Part shown: positions 40,556 through 53,588 of the stretch, piece after piece
How positions within the stretch are numbered: the stretch's first letter is position 1
Layout of the letters: every line of letters begins with the position of its first letter
DNA from: Paramecium tetraurelia
Lineage: Eukaryota
Length of the DNA stretch: 64,000 nt
Direction of reading: 5' to 3'
Assembly: GCA_000165425.1 (NCBI GenBank)
Contig: CT868252.1
Coordinates: 62,001 to 126,000, forward strand
Translations under genes and position numbers: made by a program
Notes under the pieces: generated by a model
Database searches by the model: none
What the model saw: only the letters and a program-made list of their open reading frames with translations
Told to the model about the DNA's origin: nothing

Positions 40556-40833
40556 TCAAATTTCTTATCCACTTGAAGCAACATTAAGTATTTAGAATAA
40601 AGCTAAAATCGTTATTTTACTATTTACCAGAGCCGACAACCACAAACAAGAACACACCTAAAAGAATTGGGCCGACAGGAAGATTTTCTTCTTTTTTCTA
40701 TTAGGTTATTTAATTTCATTACAATCAATGATTTAGGAACTTTTCCTTATTTGTTAACGTTTCCTTGATAATTTTAACTTCTCAATTTCATGGTTTAAGC
40801 TGATGGCTAAAGTCTAGAATATATAAGTACCAT
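40556..40833 (-). CDS. SERP1: Stress-associated ER protein RAMP4/SERP1
   Basis: M|PSAQTMKLRSQNYQGNVNKQGKVPKSLI|KKEENLPVGPILLGVFLFVVVGS|ALFQILNVASSGQEI; three 24-25 nt introns; RAMP4 signature PVGPxLLxxFLFVVVGSA. Confidence 0.9.
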
Positions 40834-40888
40834 TTGTGTTCCTAAATTATTTGGATTTTATTTATTAAATTCACGCGTGTTTATAGTT

Positions 40889-41822
40889 TCAATATAAATT
40901 AAATTATATAAGAATAATGAAATAAAAATAATAGGATTTTAATTAATTAAGAACTTGTGTTAGTTTGAGGAAGAATAGATTATGAAAGAGAGAAATCTAA
41001 AACATTGTTAAATTTATTTTGCGCAATTAAAATTTATTGATGGGAAATCAAAATCAGAATAATAGTTAGACTAAGACAATATATGTACGCTATTTCAATT
41101 TTACAGCATGATAAGGCCTGATTTATGTGCAAGAGCTTTGTTTTTTTAATATGAAGACTGAGTAATTCTATAATATCATCCTAGTCATTAAGGAATTTTG
41201 CATTTCTTTTAAGGAAGTAATCATATGAATCCTATTATAGATTCAGAACTCTTTGCATATAATCAAGGGGCTGCCACTCAAAAAATTATGAACCTTTTAA
41301 TTTATTGACCAATATTCTTTAGTAACATTATTATTAATGTTATCCTGCTCAAAAACAACATTCCTACCCTCTCCAATATTTAGACTATCATTAATCAAGT
41401 TAAATAATCGTAATGAGTTCTTATTCTTAAAATATTTGATGAAGTTAACAGATTTTGAAACTGTTGTAATAATCCATAAAACCTGCTACAATGTCATCTC
41501 TGTTTATATATATAAAAACTAAATATTTCTCTTTTAACATATGGTTCCTTATTTGAATAGCCAATATTTTGAGTGGTTTCACATTTCTCACATTCAAATT
41601 TTATGGAATATATTTCTTGCATGATTTAATCTACAGTTTTAATTTATTAGAATGAAATTGGAGAGTATATATTTAAGGGAGGGTAATAAAGGGTGACAAA
41701 GAATAACTTAATTATTCCATTGCTTCGTTGATTTTTGATGGAATAATCTAATTAATAAATATTTAATGTGTAGAGTGTTGATAAGTCAAGATTATTGATG
41801 ATATCTTATATAAAACATCCAT
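40889..41822 (-). CDS. Hypothetical protein
   Basis: MDVLYKISSIILTYQH...FECEKCETTQ...PLDYMQRVLNL; frames join through 20- and 23-nt GT..AG introns; 3' end uncertain. Confidence 0.45.
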
Positions 41823-43462
41823 ATTTAATATCTTCCGATGACAAAATAAACGAGCGAAATATCTCAAAGAATTTGAGAATTATTAAATAATTTTTTAATT
41901 AGCAATATCTGTTATGAATATTATTACCCCTGAAACAATCAAAGTTTCGAAAACTAATAGTTCTAATAGTTCCAATAGTAATCGTTTTACTATGGTTACA
42001 GAGAAAATCGATTTCAGCGATTCAAGGCCATTATTAAGATTTAAGACACTATTAGCTCATTAAATCATAAAACAGTGAAGTAAGTCCAAAAATCCTATTT
42101 TTCTAGTTTTCTTCACCTAGTTCCCAATTTTGCAATTTTGATCTGATGATGTGATTATTATTATCAGATAAATAAAATATAACAAATTATCTAAAACATA
42201 TTCTCTTACCTCTTTGACCTTATGATTAATATTCAACAATCGTTGATCCATATAATAGAAATTGCAAAGTAATGCATTTCTATTTTTGTTTAAAAGGACC
42301 TTTTAAAGTTGTTATTTATATATTTATCTAAATAAAACTACTACATTTCAGAAATGAGCCACTTTAACCAGCTACATCTAAAGAAAATTATAATGGATTC
42401 CAACTTAAAAAATCTTTATAAGACTCGTTTTAATACTATTAAATTATGTTGTACAGAGAAAGTTGTATTAAATTATAAAATTATGTTATTTCATATCTAA
42501 ATGATGAATTCGATCATCTATCTGTGAAGGTTGTATAAAAAATATCTTATTTTTCAGAAGAAAAAGAATCAAAGCATTTCCTTCTTTTATAGAAATTTTA
42601 AATAACATCCGAATAACTGTGTAATAATGACATCTAATTTATTAGCAGTAGTAACATTAGAAACCGATGACATACCGAATGACACAAACTTATTTGTGAG
42701 GACAGGGACGATTAATAATATATAAATATTTTTTTAAGATCAAATGAATAAAAATATTGTATTGACAAATTCTTTTAGTTGAAGAAATAACAGTAATCTA
42801 AAATAAATCAAAATATTTTCCAAATAGATTGTAATTCAATTCGAATGGCAAGATTATTAATATTTTAGATAAACAACATAGATTGCATTCTCTTGGAAAA
42901 AAACAATTTCTAAAAATTTATCAAAAATTATATTATTTTTAATAACAATATCAGTTAAAGAGAGTAAGAATTCAATCATTTCTAATATGTTTATCAACCT
43001 ATAAATATCCAAATATAGATATTTCTGTCATCTACATTATTATAAAGAAAACTATTAATTTTTCTTAATTATGGAGAATAAAATAAACAGACATTTTCGA
43101 TAAAAGCCAGCATTTATCCTGAGTCAAAGACTATTATTTTAGAGCTTATATAGGAAGGTCTCTGCTGCCCATCAGGCAAGGGTAAAATGCAACTCAGTTC
43201 TAAGATTTATAAAGTAAAATGGGATAGTTTGACAGCATTAAAGATGGTCAGATCAATTCAGAATTAATTTAATTTAAATATAGAAGAGCACAATTTATAT
43301 TGAATAGTGTCCTTGTTATTCGAGAGGCAAGAGCGATGGAGCATATGTCCTTTTTGCCACTTCTGTATATTGAGTACTACCTTATGATGTATTGATTTAT
43401 TGAAAACTTATTTTTAATTATTAATACTCTCACAAAAATTAAAAAAACTAGTTAGATAGGCA

Positions 43463-44881
43463 ATGTTACAATAAAAAAAATAATAAACAGCTCATCTCAA
43501 TCCAATTCTATGGTAACCTTTGGAAAAATTACAGTTGACGCATTTGAGTCAACATCTCATTTATTCTGGAATTATTTGGATTAGAAGTGAAGATCAACAA
43601 TTACACGAGGAATAGGTTTCATTATATGCTGATAGGTAGATAGTTAGAATTTATAAAGATTGCAAATTTACTAATTGTTTTGTAATTTGAGTTAAACAAT
43701 AATAAGAAGAAATGTTCAAACAATAAAGTTAATACAAGGAAAAAATAATACAGAGATCTTTTTTAACAGGAGTGCTGATTTGGATAATTGGTTCAATATG
43801 TTGAGAAGATACACAATTCAGTTAAACTTCAGTAAAGACTATAAATTGAGTAAGAGATTGGGGTATCAAGATCCGCAGACTCAAATATATTAGGCAAAGT
43901 GCTTTGCAAATAATACTAATTACACAGTGAAGGTAATACAAAAAAATAATAAATTTGATCCGAAATTGATACAGAAGGAAATAAACATCTTGAGAAGAAT
44001 CAAACATAAAAACATCATCAATTTGGTGGAGGTTTATGAAGATCAGTATACAATATTTTTGGTTTTCGAGAACTATTTCGGAACTGAGATGATTTATAGG
44101 TTTGAAGACTTATTAAATAGTTAAGAACCATAATATGCCAGGATTATATATAAATTATTAGAAATTATATCGTGTATTCACTCTTTGGGCATTATTCATG
44201 GAGACATAAGATTGGAGAATATCTACGTGAAATCTGATAATTTAATGGACATTTGTTTGGCCAATTTTAATTAAGCTGAATTCATTGATAGTTAAGAAAA
44301 GTAAATCAAGGGAAGCGAGGGGTAATTTTAATTGAAATTTAGATTCTTAGTTACTAATCGCCTGAGTTATTGAATGGGAAGCCTTACGATCAGAGTATTG
44401 ATATATATGCAGTTGGGATTATTTTTTATTACTTCATATATCAAGTGATGCCGTTTAGTGAATCGTAAGAACATGTATTGATTATTATAAGGCTTAGAAC
44501 GACAATAAATCAGGCTAAATTGAATTTCCCCAAGTCAGAAACACTTCCTATGCTATTGATTTATTGAAATAAATGCTTTAAGTTGAACCTAAGTAGAGAA
44601 TCAAACCCAATTTGGCTATGAATCACGAATGGTTCATAAAGATGAAAGTGCAGGAGAAACTATTCAAACAGAAAAGTTTCAAGGACTTCACTCTTCCAAC
44701 TATTTTGGAGAAATCAGATATTTTTACTTAGTCTCCTGGTCAACAACCAAAAAGAGAAAGCATCGGGGTTTTTGAGGATGAGTTCTTATTGGAAAGTCTC
44801 TCAGACAGAATGGGTTTATTAAAAAATGCCTTTAATCCATCGAAATTAAATCACGACATTTTTTAGAAGAAATAGAAATGA
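43463..44881 (+). CDS. Kinase-fold protein, probable pseudokinase, with PH-like N-terminus
   Basis: YTVK, KEINILRRIKHKNII, HGDIRLEN, ANFN in place of DFG, SPE, DIYAVG; no GxGxxG. Confidence 0.8.
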
Positions 44882-44925
44882 AATTTAACTCTATATTTTT
44901 ATTAATGTAAACGCAAATATCAAAT

Positions 44926-45318
44926 CATGATTTGTTGAGAGAGGGAATCATAATTCAAAGAGAGTGGGGATGTAAGATTTCTTTTTCTGTAGTCTTCTCT
45001 CCAGAATATTAATTACTGTGTATTGAGAATTTTCACTGAAAAACCTTTATCTTTTTTTTATCGACTTTTTTGCTTTTATTATTTCCTTAGGACTTGTCAG
45101 TTCTTCTTCCAAAATTGTTTCTAATGGAATATTCAACTATGTTTGTGAGACATCATTGGCTAAATCCAATTCAGGTATAAAGAAAGCGGACTGCTTAATT
45201 GGTCTAAATTCAAAGGTGAGTCTTACTTAAGCTGAGGAGTATCTGGTAATTGATTATGATAATCGACAAATTCTTCGAAAGTCAAAGCTGAGTTAAACCT
45301 TTTCCTTTTATCACACAT
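44926..45318 (-). CDS. Hypothetical small protein; frame uncertain or disrupted
   Basis: Coding-like KQSAFFIPELDLANDVSQTQLNIPLETILEEELTSPK; the ATG at 45318 is in a different frame. Confidence 0.3.
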
Positions 45319-45547
45319 ATAAATAATTATTTTCAAAAATATTTTTAAATAATTGCAAACCAATATCAATTAATATATAGAGATAATTAGGAATCAGTAA
45401 TAATAATAAATTATTTAACCATTCTGTTCAAAATTCTAATTTAATGACAGATGCTTCGAAGAACAATAGAAAAAGCAAGAAAAAATAATTTTGATTAGAC
45501 AACATTATTTTACATTAGATAAATGTATATAATTTAAATAACTTCAA

Positions 45548-46501
45548 ATGCAATACTAACAAGCAAATATCAACGCTGAGTATCTAAATGACAAGGCACA
45601 ATATCAATAACCTCCGTAGGGTGCATATCAATATCAACCTGTACAGGGGTAGCCTGTGATTGGACAACCCGTTCAACAATAGTATATTCTTTAAATAACA
45701 ATAGGTACCAATATAACCCCTAATCTCAAATACAATATCCTCAATAACCCTACGTTTAATATGCCCAATACCCTTAGAGAGTGTAGTATGGAAATGGATA
45801 TTAACAGCAAATGGTTGTACTTCCTTAGAATGCCCTTGTAGTGGCAGTTTAACCAATTAATCCTATTGTGGCCAAGGAAATGGCCTTGAGATCATACACC
45901 AGATAGTAAGCTATGCCATAACACTAGTTTTTACGGATGCAATTGCTGTATAGGTGTTTTGGCCATGATCTTTTTGATTATCAGATGTGTGGCATCATTT
46001 CAACAAGGAGGAGCAGAAGCAGCAGCTGGTGTCATGTACATTATTTCGTAATCATATTCACATATTGAAGCGATTTCTTTTTTGTCACAGGAGCCATCTG
46101 CGGAATATATTCGATTAGTAGATATGTGGAACGACTATTATTACATTACTAAGTCCTCTTGGTCATAGCATTAATATTTGAGATAATAGGGTCCATCATC
46201 ATATTTGCCACTTATGGTGATAATGAAGATAACGATGATAATGACAATGATTCCGACGGTGATAAAGACAATAGAAGGAGTGTTGGGTATCAAATCATAC
46301 TAATCATTAAGCTTAATATTTTTTATAGTATCCCTAATCATAGTAGTCATTTGTTACGGGATGTTTATAAGATATGCTAGACAAATCAGATACATGATGA
46401 TCGATTTGAATATCACTAGAGCAAATTTATAGAATTAAAACGCTTAATAAGTACCACTATAGAATTAAGGAATTGTCTATGGAGGAGCTCCATAAGTTTG
46501 A
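45548..46501 (+). CDS. Membrane protein with Q/P/Y-rich N-terminus and about 4 TM helices
   Basis: MQYQQANINAEYLNDKAQYQQPPQGAYQYQPVQGQP..., then hydrophobic segments and an acidic DNEDNDDNDND loop; several tiny introns. Confidence 0.7.
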
Positions 46502-46587
46502 ATATATTATCTAAAGTATTAATTTAAATGGCTATATCACTTATTAATTTGTATGAACTATTATTAAGTATTTAACTATTAATATTA

Positions 46588-47073
46588 ATGCCAATTTATA
46601 ATGAAGTTTTGGGAGGAGGAAGTTAAACTCACAAATGTTCTGTAGATTTCATGTTTAGAAACATAATTAATCTTTAAACTTTGACCAAGGATCACGTGAA
46701 ATTATTATTGGACAATCTGAAAATTGAGTTGTTGAATACAAATTAATCTCAATACTAATTAATATTAAAGGCTAATCAATTGTTGGCTTGTCATCTTTAT
46801 GACAGAATGGCACAGCATTGGAAGAAACAATTTGGTCTGTTTGAGTATTCCAATGTACCAGAATGTCTAGATGCCAGAAATTACTTTTAGTTGTGTGTGA
46901 GAATGAATGCCTCTTATTGTTTGGCTAAAAAGTATTTCCCAGAGTAAATAATTTTTAATTTAAACATCGATACTTCTTAACCAATGAATATTCTAGACCA
47001 AATTCAAACTTATAGGAATTAGGACTCTGAATTATTTATTAAGCATTAATTAATTATATCAATAATCAGATGA
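46588..47073 (+). pseudogene. Damaged twin-CX9C (mitochondrial intermembrane-space-type) protein gene
   Basis: ACHLYDRMAQHW (C-x9-W) followed by ECLDARNYFQLC (C-x9-C); intron-like AT-rich inserts with defective splice sites; coding-like YSRPN...ELGL-TGA tail (47028-47030) out of frame. Confidence 0.65.
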
Positions 47074-48809
47074 ATTAGACTAATCCATTGAATTCTGTAT
47101 GCTGTTTCTCTTCTTTGTTTTTCTCTACGATAAGTTTAACTATTCAATTTTCTTAGCCTAATTAATCAATTACACATATTACTCTTTTTTATAATTTCTC
47201 TTGCAGTTTACCCAATAAAGTAGCCACTTTTCTTTGTTTTGGAGATAGTCTATTATTCTCATATCTATCATTTTCTTTGGAATCTGCTGGAGATCTAGAT
47301 CTAGGCTGTGATTTAAGATGTGATTTGGAATGTTATCTTGATTTTGATTAACCCTTCTTTGACTTTATGAAGTTTATTATTGAACTACTTGAAGAACTAT
47401 GCGATGATTTGACTGAGGATGATTTTGATGCTGATTTCTCTTTTTATCTTCCCCTTGAAACTGGTTTCTTTTTTTCATAATCTCTATACTTATCTTGTTG
47501 TTATTCCTATTGAATAAAATCCTTGAAGCTTTTGACTAACTCCTTTTACTGATTCTTAAACTTTGATTCTTATTATTAAAATAATGTTTAGAAGTTTCCT
47601 GATAATTCAGTTATTTTCTTATCAATTACCTCTTCAAACTTGATCATTTGATGTTATTATGGTTAAGGCTACTGAGTTGTTGTCATTTATTAAGACTATT
47701 AAGTTTATTGTGAGGTAACTTAACCATTATTATACACTTATTTCTTATTTGCATCAAAACTAACCTCACTTTAATTCTATTAAATATATTTATGCATTGA
47801 ATCTTCTTGTTCTTGTTATTTCTCCTTAATATGAGTAACCAATTTAAATAATCTTTGCACTTAACTCTCTAATTACTCACATTTATCCTTCCAATCTTAA
47901 ACCTCCTTCTTTAATACATTAATCTCATTCAAATTCTTACTCTATATATCTAGAACCATTCTCTCAGTTGAAGTCAATCTTTAAAAGGAATCTGGCACTT
48001 CTTCTGTGATATTACTTTTATGGAACCCTTACTTAGTTTATGATTGACTTGATTTTCCTTATTGGTGACTCTATTTCAAACTGGCAACCTCTCTACCCAT
48101 ACTATGAATCTTTTATGCTAAATCATGATATTCATTTATTTTCATATCCTATCTCTCATTTCTTTCATTTCTCTCATTTCTATCATTCCTTTCATTTCTG
48201 TCTAATCTTTCCATTCTTTCAAATCTATCCATTCTATCTGATCTTTCATGATGTTCTAGCTCTTCTTTTTCAAATTGTTGCTTATATTAACTATTGTTAT
48301 TTTCAGTCTATTGCTAAGATTCAGTAACACTCTCTGTACTAATCATTGCATACTCTTCAAGCAAATATACTTAATTTAAATAAGTTTTAGAAGCACCAAA
48401 AGTCTCCTTTATAATGATCTTAATAAATTGGTATCTAGTTCCTAAGGGATCAATTTAAAACAACTATATTCCTTGTTTCAATTCAGGATATAAGGTAGTC
48501 CAAGTGATAAAATTTTCTCCATTTAATGATACCATCAATTCAATGACTGATGGATTGCTTTAATAATCATGCCAACAATCAAACCCGAAACATTTGATAA
48601 ATTTTGGTCTTTCTTACACTTGAGATAAATCCAATGTAATGTATTACGGCAATCCTGCTAATGACATCCACAATGCCTAAAATTTCAATTCGATATCTTA
48701 CTTTTCTTTCTTAGATAAGGATATTTTCAGCTGCACAATTAGGTAAAGTAGAACTAACATTACAGACTCTAACTCCATTTTCTGTTGTGCAATAATTTTA
48801 GTGTTCCAT
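47059..48809 (-). CDS. Galactose-binding-like (discoidin/APC10-type) domain plus coiled-coil protein
   Basis: LWMSLAGLPQYITLDL...FGFDCWHDYQSNPSVIELMVSLNGENF...YQFIKIIIKETFGASKTYLNQVYL. Confidence 0.7.
48150..48250 (-). repeat. 9-nt-period coding repeat, (x-D/E-R) about 11 times
   Basis: HER SDR MDR FER MER LDR NER NDR NER NER NER on the minus strand. Confidence 0.85.
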
Positions 48810-49124
48810 TTGAATTTAAATTTAAAATAAATAAACTTAAAAAATTAAATAACATCCAATATTTCTACAAGCTTTTTCCAATAGTCATTCTACGATTGAA
48901 TATTAAGCCTGTATTATCAAAGAATATAATAAAAATACAATTTGAATATTAAAAGGTAGCTTAAATTTAGAGATATAAAAGAAAAAGAAAGTAACTGCAA
49001 CAAATTCATAATAAATTAGTTGAATATTAATATCAGGGGAATTTATTTCAGAATAAAAAAATAAAAATACTTGATAACATTTTGATTGTTTAAATATTTA
49101 ATGTATTTTTGATAATATATTATT

Positions 49125-50556
49125 TCACCATGGTATATCTTAGCTTGCATTATTCTAATTTTGATAGTTTTCATATCCATCTTTTAACTAGTAAATTGTG
49201 TTATCAATAGATAAAGAGGGATAGTTGTTGTTGTTACTAATATTTAAATTTGGAGAGTAATTCATATTCGAAATCTCATGATATTATTATTATTATTATT
49301 ATTGTTGTTATTATTGTTAAGGATAATTTAATTATTGAGGCAAATATGTTGACTATGAGTAATTAATCTATTATTGTGGCTATTGAGGTGCAGGCTTTTA
49401 AGTTTATGGTTTTGTTAGACATTTCTAAATTTCTGTTTGGAGTTCCTATTCTTATGTTTTCAAGTTGTTAAAAATTAACTATAATTTATTCATTTATTAA
49501 ATTAGAAATTCGATATCGTTTTCTTTCTATTAGATCAACTATTTTTAAGCCTAATTATTAGAATTCTATGAAAATTGCATCACTAATTGGCTTAATTGAT
49601 TTTAAAGTTATTATTATTGCATAGTTAATGCTTAAAGTTCATTGTTCTATTGGTATTACCCTTATTAGCCTGATTACACTCTAGAATCCTTTGATTGAGA
49701 GATTTAAGAAACATCATATTACCCTTAATATTCCTTAGCTATGATAGGTTATTGAGGTTGGCTTTAAGAAATTAACCTTTGAAGAGACTCTGGCAATTAG
49801 ATAGGCAGTGGGATATTTTTCCTACAGCAAGAAATCAAGTGAATGGCAACGATATATTCATTTTTAAATAAGAAGCCTTTTTAATTGGTATCAACAAGTG
49901 CCCATAGTTCTGTTAATACCTCTTTTGACAATTCAGATTTACTAAAGATCGCTTTAGCACTTTCGCCTTCAATATATCCTTATTGCTTTTTATCCTATTG
50001 TTAGTAATGCAAACTGTATTTCTCATAAAGTTCATTACTAATTTCAAATTGATTGGAAATTTCTAATTGAGCCATTTGTACTAAGGGTGGTTTGTATTGT
50101 TGCTGCTAATTTAGAACTGGAGCAGTCTAATACATTTGAGATATGGGAATTTGAGAGGGCTGGGGAATAGATTATTGAAAAGCACCAAGCATAGGAGAGG
50201 AATTGACCTATTAAGGAACTGGAAATCCATCAAACACAGGCAAGCGAACTTGTTTATTTTCAATAAGTAATTAAGGATTCAATTCAAATCCATTTTGACA
50301 GTACGCTATTAATTTTAAGATTGTAAAAAATTCTTAAGTGTAGAGTTTATTTTCCTCATTTCTGACAGCCATCAACCAAATTGCTTTTAATTTATCGGCA
50401 GGCAATTGACTTTTTTTGAAAAATAACACAGTCTCTTTGGCATTAGTACTTCCAATACACTAATGAATTAATTCTTTCATTTACTTGAGGATCAAAGGTG
50501 CTCCAAAGTTGTCTAAAATATTGATCTTCTTCAGGAGTCAATTATAAATTATTCAT
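49125..50556 (-). CDS. EH-domain endocytic adaptor (Eps15/Ede1-like)
   Basis: Two EH domains (FFKKSQLPADKLKAIWLMA; IFSKSELSKEVLTELWALVDTNQKGFLFKNEYIVAIHLI...LPIQLPESL) then coiled coil and Q-rich tail. Confidence 0.88.
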
Positions 50557-50791
50557 TAAATTTAATGTTATTTAATAATCTAAATATAAACAAATTAAAA
50601 TCATGATGTGATATTATTGATTATTGATTTCAAGTTGTTCGAAGTCAATATAAAGATGTGCAGAGACTCAATTTGGTATTTATATTTAGTTGAAGTCGTT
50701 AAAAATTAAAATTGATTATGTTTATATTAATATTAATGAGATAATAGATATAAATACTAAGCTATAATTTTTAATATATTTATTAATAAAT

Positions 50792-51273
50792 ATGAAACAG
50801 ATCAACTAGGTTTTATTTATCTCCTTGCTTCTTATGTAAGTTAATATTCTATATAGTCAAACATTGGGATAAAACAATGAAAAGGAGTAAAATTCGAGAG
50901 GAAAAGATAATGATGTATGTATTTATGCTTTTCTTGGAAGTTTATAGGATTGAGAATGCGAAGTTTGTAATTCTTTTAATATTTTTGGCATTGATCTGTC
51001 GTTCACTTGTACACAAGGAAGGTTATTTAAAGGATTGGGGAATTGATTATTAGTCTCAAAATTCTTCATTAGAGCTAAGCATAATAGCCAATTCCAGAAA
51101 ATGATGAATACTATAAAAAAGGTATTATTAGTAATGGATTGATGTTAGGTTCGATTGTTAAGCAGGTGAAAAAAGTTATGAAATATTTAAAAAGTAAATT
51201 CAACAGAATAAATGACTCGTAAGTAGATGTTTCCAAGAAATACAGCCAATTTGATATGGAGGAATCTATTTGA
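50792..51273 (+). CDS. Small hypothetical membrane/secreted protein
   Basis: MKQINQVLFISLLL signal-like start, tiny introns, hydrophobic FVILLIFLALIC; 3' exons ambiguous. Confidence 0.4.
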
Positions 51274-51313
51274 TTTTTTACAATGATATATAATATACAC
51301 ATAAAAATGATTA

Positions 51314-52389
51314 TCAATTCTTTTTTTTCTTTTTTTGATTTTTAGTATTGATTTTAATTTAAACTTCTTCTTTTTTGATTTTTTTAGACTTCTAATCTTT
51401 TTTTTAGACAACTTCCTGTTTTTGTAACTATTGCTGAGCTGGAGGATGATTATCTGGTTTTGGATTAGGTAGTTTCTCTAGTGGTTCCTCTTTGTTTAAA
51501 CAGTTTTCGCATTTGCACAAATCAGTACATTTTTAATTAATACTATAGCATTCACAATATTTCTTTTTGCATTCTGATTTCTTACAATTGCATCCTTTTT
51601 TGGTTTCCTTGCTTTATTCTTTCTGCGATTTGGGTTCTTGTAGTAATGTGATTAGATACCTGGGATGATTTGTGCTTGTTAGCCATTATTGGTGAGGATC
51701 GTAGAGAAGGCTTCTGGATTTCTGAGTAAGGCTTCTTCGATGGCTTTTGATCTTTCATTGGGATTGTCGATTCTATTTTTGCATTCGGTGCAATTGCAGC
51801 TCTGTGAGCAGACCTATGGATATGAGAAAGAGTGATAACCCAATTGTTGGCGAAGCATTCGCAGTATAATTTTAGACATTTGCTTTTCTTGCAATTGCAT
51901 TGAAAGGAGAGAGACCTTTTAAAATTGCACAAGTTGGTTAACTTTGGACTGAAGTTCTTTGGATAGAGTGTTTTAGTATTACGACGAATCAAAAGGGGGA
52001 TAATAGAATGGCGGATAGGGATGTCTATACCATGGAGGTGGATATGGCACAGGATATTTCATCTGCATAAAAGGGTTATTTTGGGGATATTTCATTTGAG
52101 GGGGGACCTATTGATAGTAGGGATTGTAGGGCTGTCGGAATTGATCCTCCTCATCTGGAGCATCTCCTGCAGACAATTTTCGAAATGGGTATTTGGGTTT
52201 GTTTTTATCTTAAAATTCAGGCTCAGCATGAAGATTGAAGTTTGACATATTTTGAGGAGGGAAGAGATAACACTGTTGAGGAGTGAATCTTGGAGATAAG
52301 GATGGTGGTTGTTGAGGCCATTCTTAATCATAATAGTGGAGTTACTTTTCAACCTTGTGTTCATTGGAATTGTGATCATCTTAATTCAT
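51314..52389 (-). CDS. Tesmin/TSO1-like CXC-domain protein (LIN54 family)
   Basis: CNCKKSKCLKLYCECFA...CNCTECKN, RNPEAF linker, GCNCKKSECKKKYCECY...CTDLCKCENCLN. Confidence 0.92.
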
Positions 52390-52412
52390 AATAAATTTAT
52401 TAAAAATTAATA

Positions 52413-53561
52413 ATGGCAACCATCGATAAGGAATAAGTCGACATGGATAATCCAGCATTCGCATAATAAGATCCCCATCTCAAAATAAATGACGATGATG
52501 ATATGGGATTGCCACCTTAATTTAGAAATCGTTACCCAAGAAGACCACCTCTGTTTGATGGCCTATTGAACAACGTTAGAGCTGTTACTAAGAAAGTAGA
52601 ACACATTAAAGGCTTTAAATTTGAAGTTGCGGGAGGATTGTCAAATAATTTTCATTTGGCCCATTCTTGGTTGATACCACCATCAGTATCATAACAAACT
52701 AAATCATTAGAACAAAGGCAAAGCTCCAAACCCTAATCCTATGAAACAACCACCTGTTCCAAGTTATACTTTGGCTGCGTAATATTTGGGTGGCTCTCTT
52801 AAAACCCCTTTCGATCAACCGACATATATCATGACAGGAAGGTGGGATTCAACTGGCAAATTAGAGGCTGCTATAATCAAGAAGCTCAACGAAATGTTCA
52901 ACTTCAGGTATATATTAATATCTATCAAAACCTAAAAAGATTTAGTGCATTCTATTTAAATTCTGATCCTTTGAATGCTTAAGTGCATTTAGATTGCGAT
53001 ATAACAGGGGAGGATTACGTTCATTCAATTAAGCTTGGCACAGGATCTCTATAGTTTCAATATGATGCAAACCATAGGAAACAGACTCGTATTAGGATAT
53101 GAAATGATGACTCTGGTATTCAATTATAAAATAATTTCAAGACTGAAAGGAATCTCTCATTAATGAGTTATGCCATGAAGTTTGGTATCAACAAGAAATA
53201 GAATTTTTATACTCAATATGTTGGAGCTTCGGATTAATTGATTTTGGCTTACAATCACAGAGTAACAAATTCATATCGAAAAATAGTTATTGGATAAAGC
53301 ATATTTTATGTCGGAATTAGAATATTCGAATTAAACTGGGGAATCAAGAGCTATACTTGTAATAGAATATAGTTATGGTGTTAGGGCTATAGACAGAAGT
53401 TTGCGATTTCAGAAGTTATAGTGACACTGAATTCAAATATGAAATTCAGTTCTGCACTAACACTTCAGGGATTTGCTTATTAATTGAAATTGTGCGCAAT
53501 TGCAGATTATCATAAGGATAGCTATAAATTTGGATATGGGATAGCAATGGGTTAAGTTTGA
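52413..53561 (+). CDS. TOM40: Mitochondrial import channel Tom40
   Basis: GFKFEVAGGLSNNFHLAHSW N-terminal strands, alternating beta pattern, C-terminal beta-signal ADYHKDSYKFGYGIAMG; several tiny introns. Confidence 0.82.
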
Positions 53562-53588
53562 TAACTAGTATATTAATCAAAAAATAAT

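Noticed and set aside
40917..41440. Plus-strand frame with in-frame TGA (selenocysteine or Trp recoding, or mitochondrial insert)
   Set aside because: The minus strand gives a better spliced gene; no SECIS-like element or mitochondrial similarity recognised
43322..43365. Hairpin GGCAAGAG...CTTTTTGCC as H/ACA snoRNA
   Set aside because: One short stem without clear H/ACA boxes; the minus strand resembles a decayed RING-like fragment (GHMLHRSCL)
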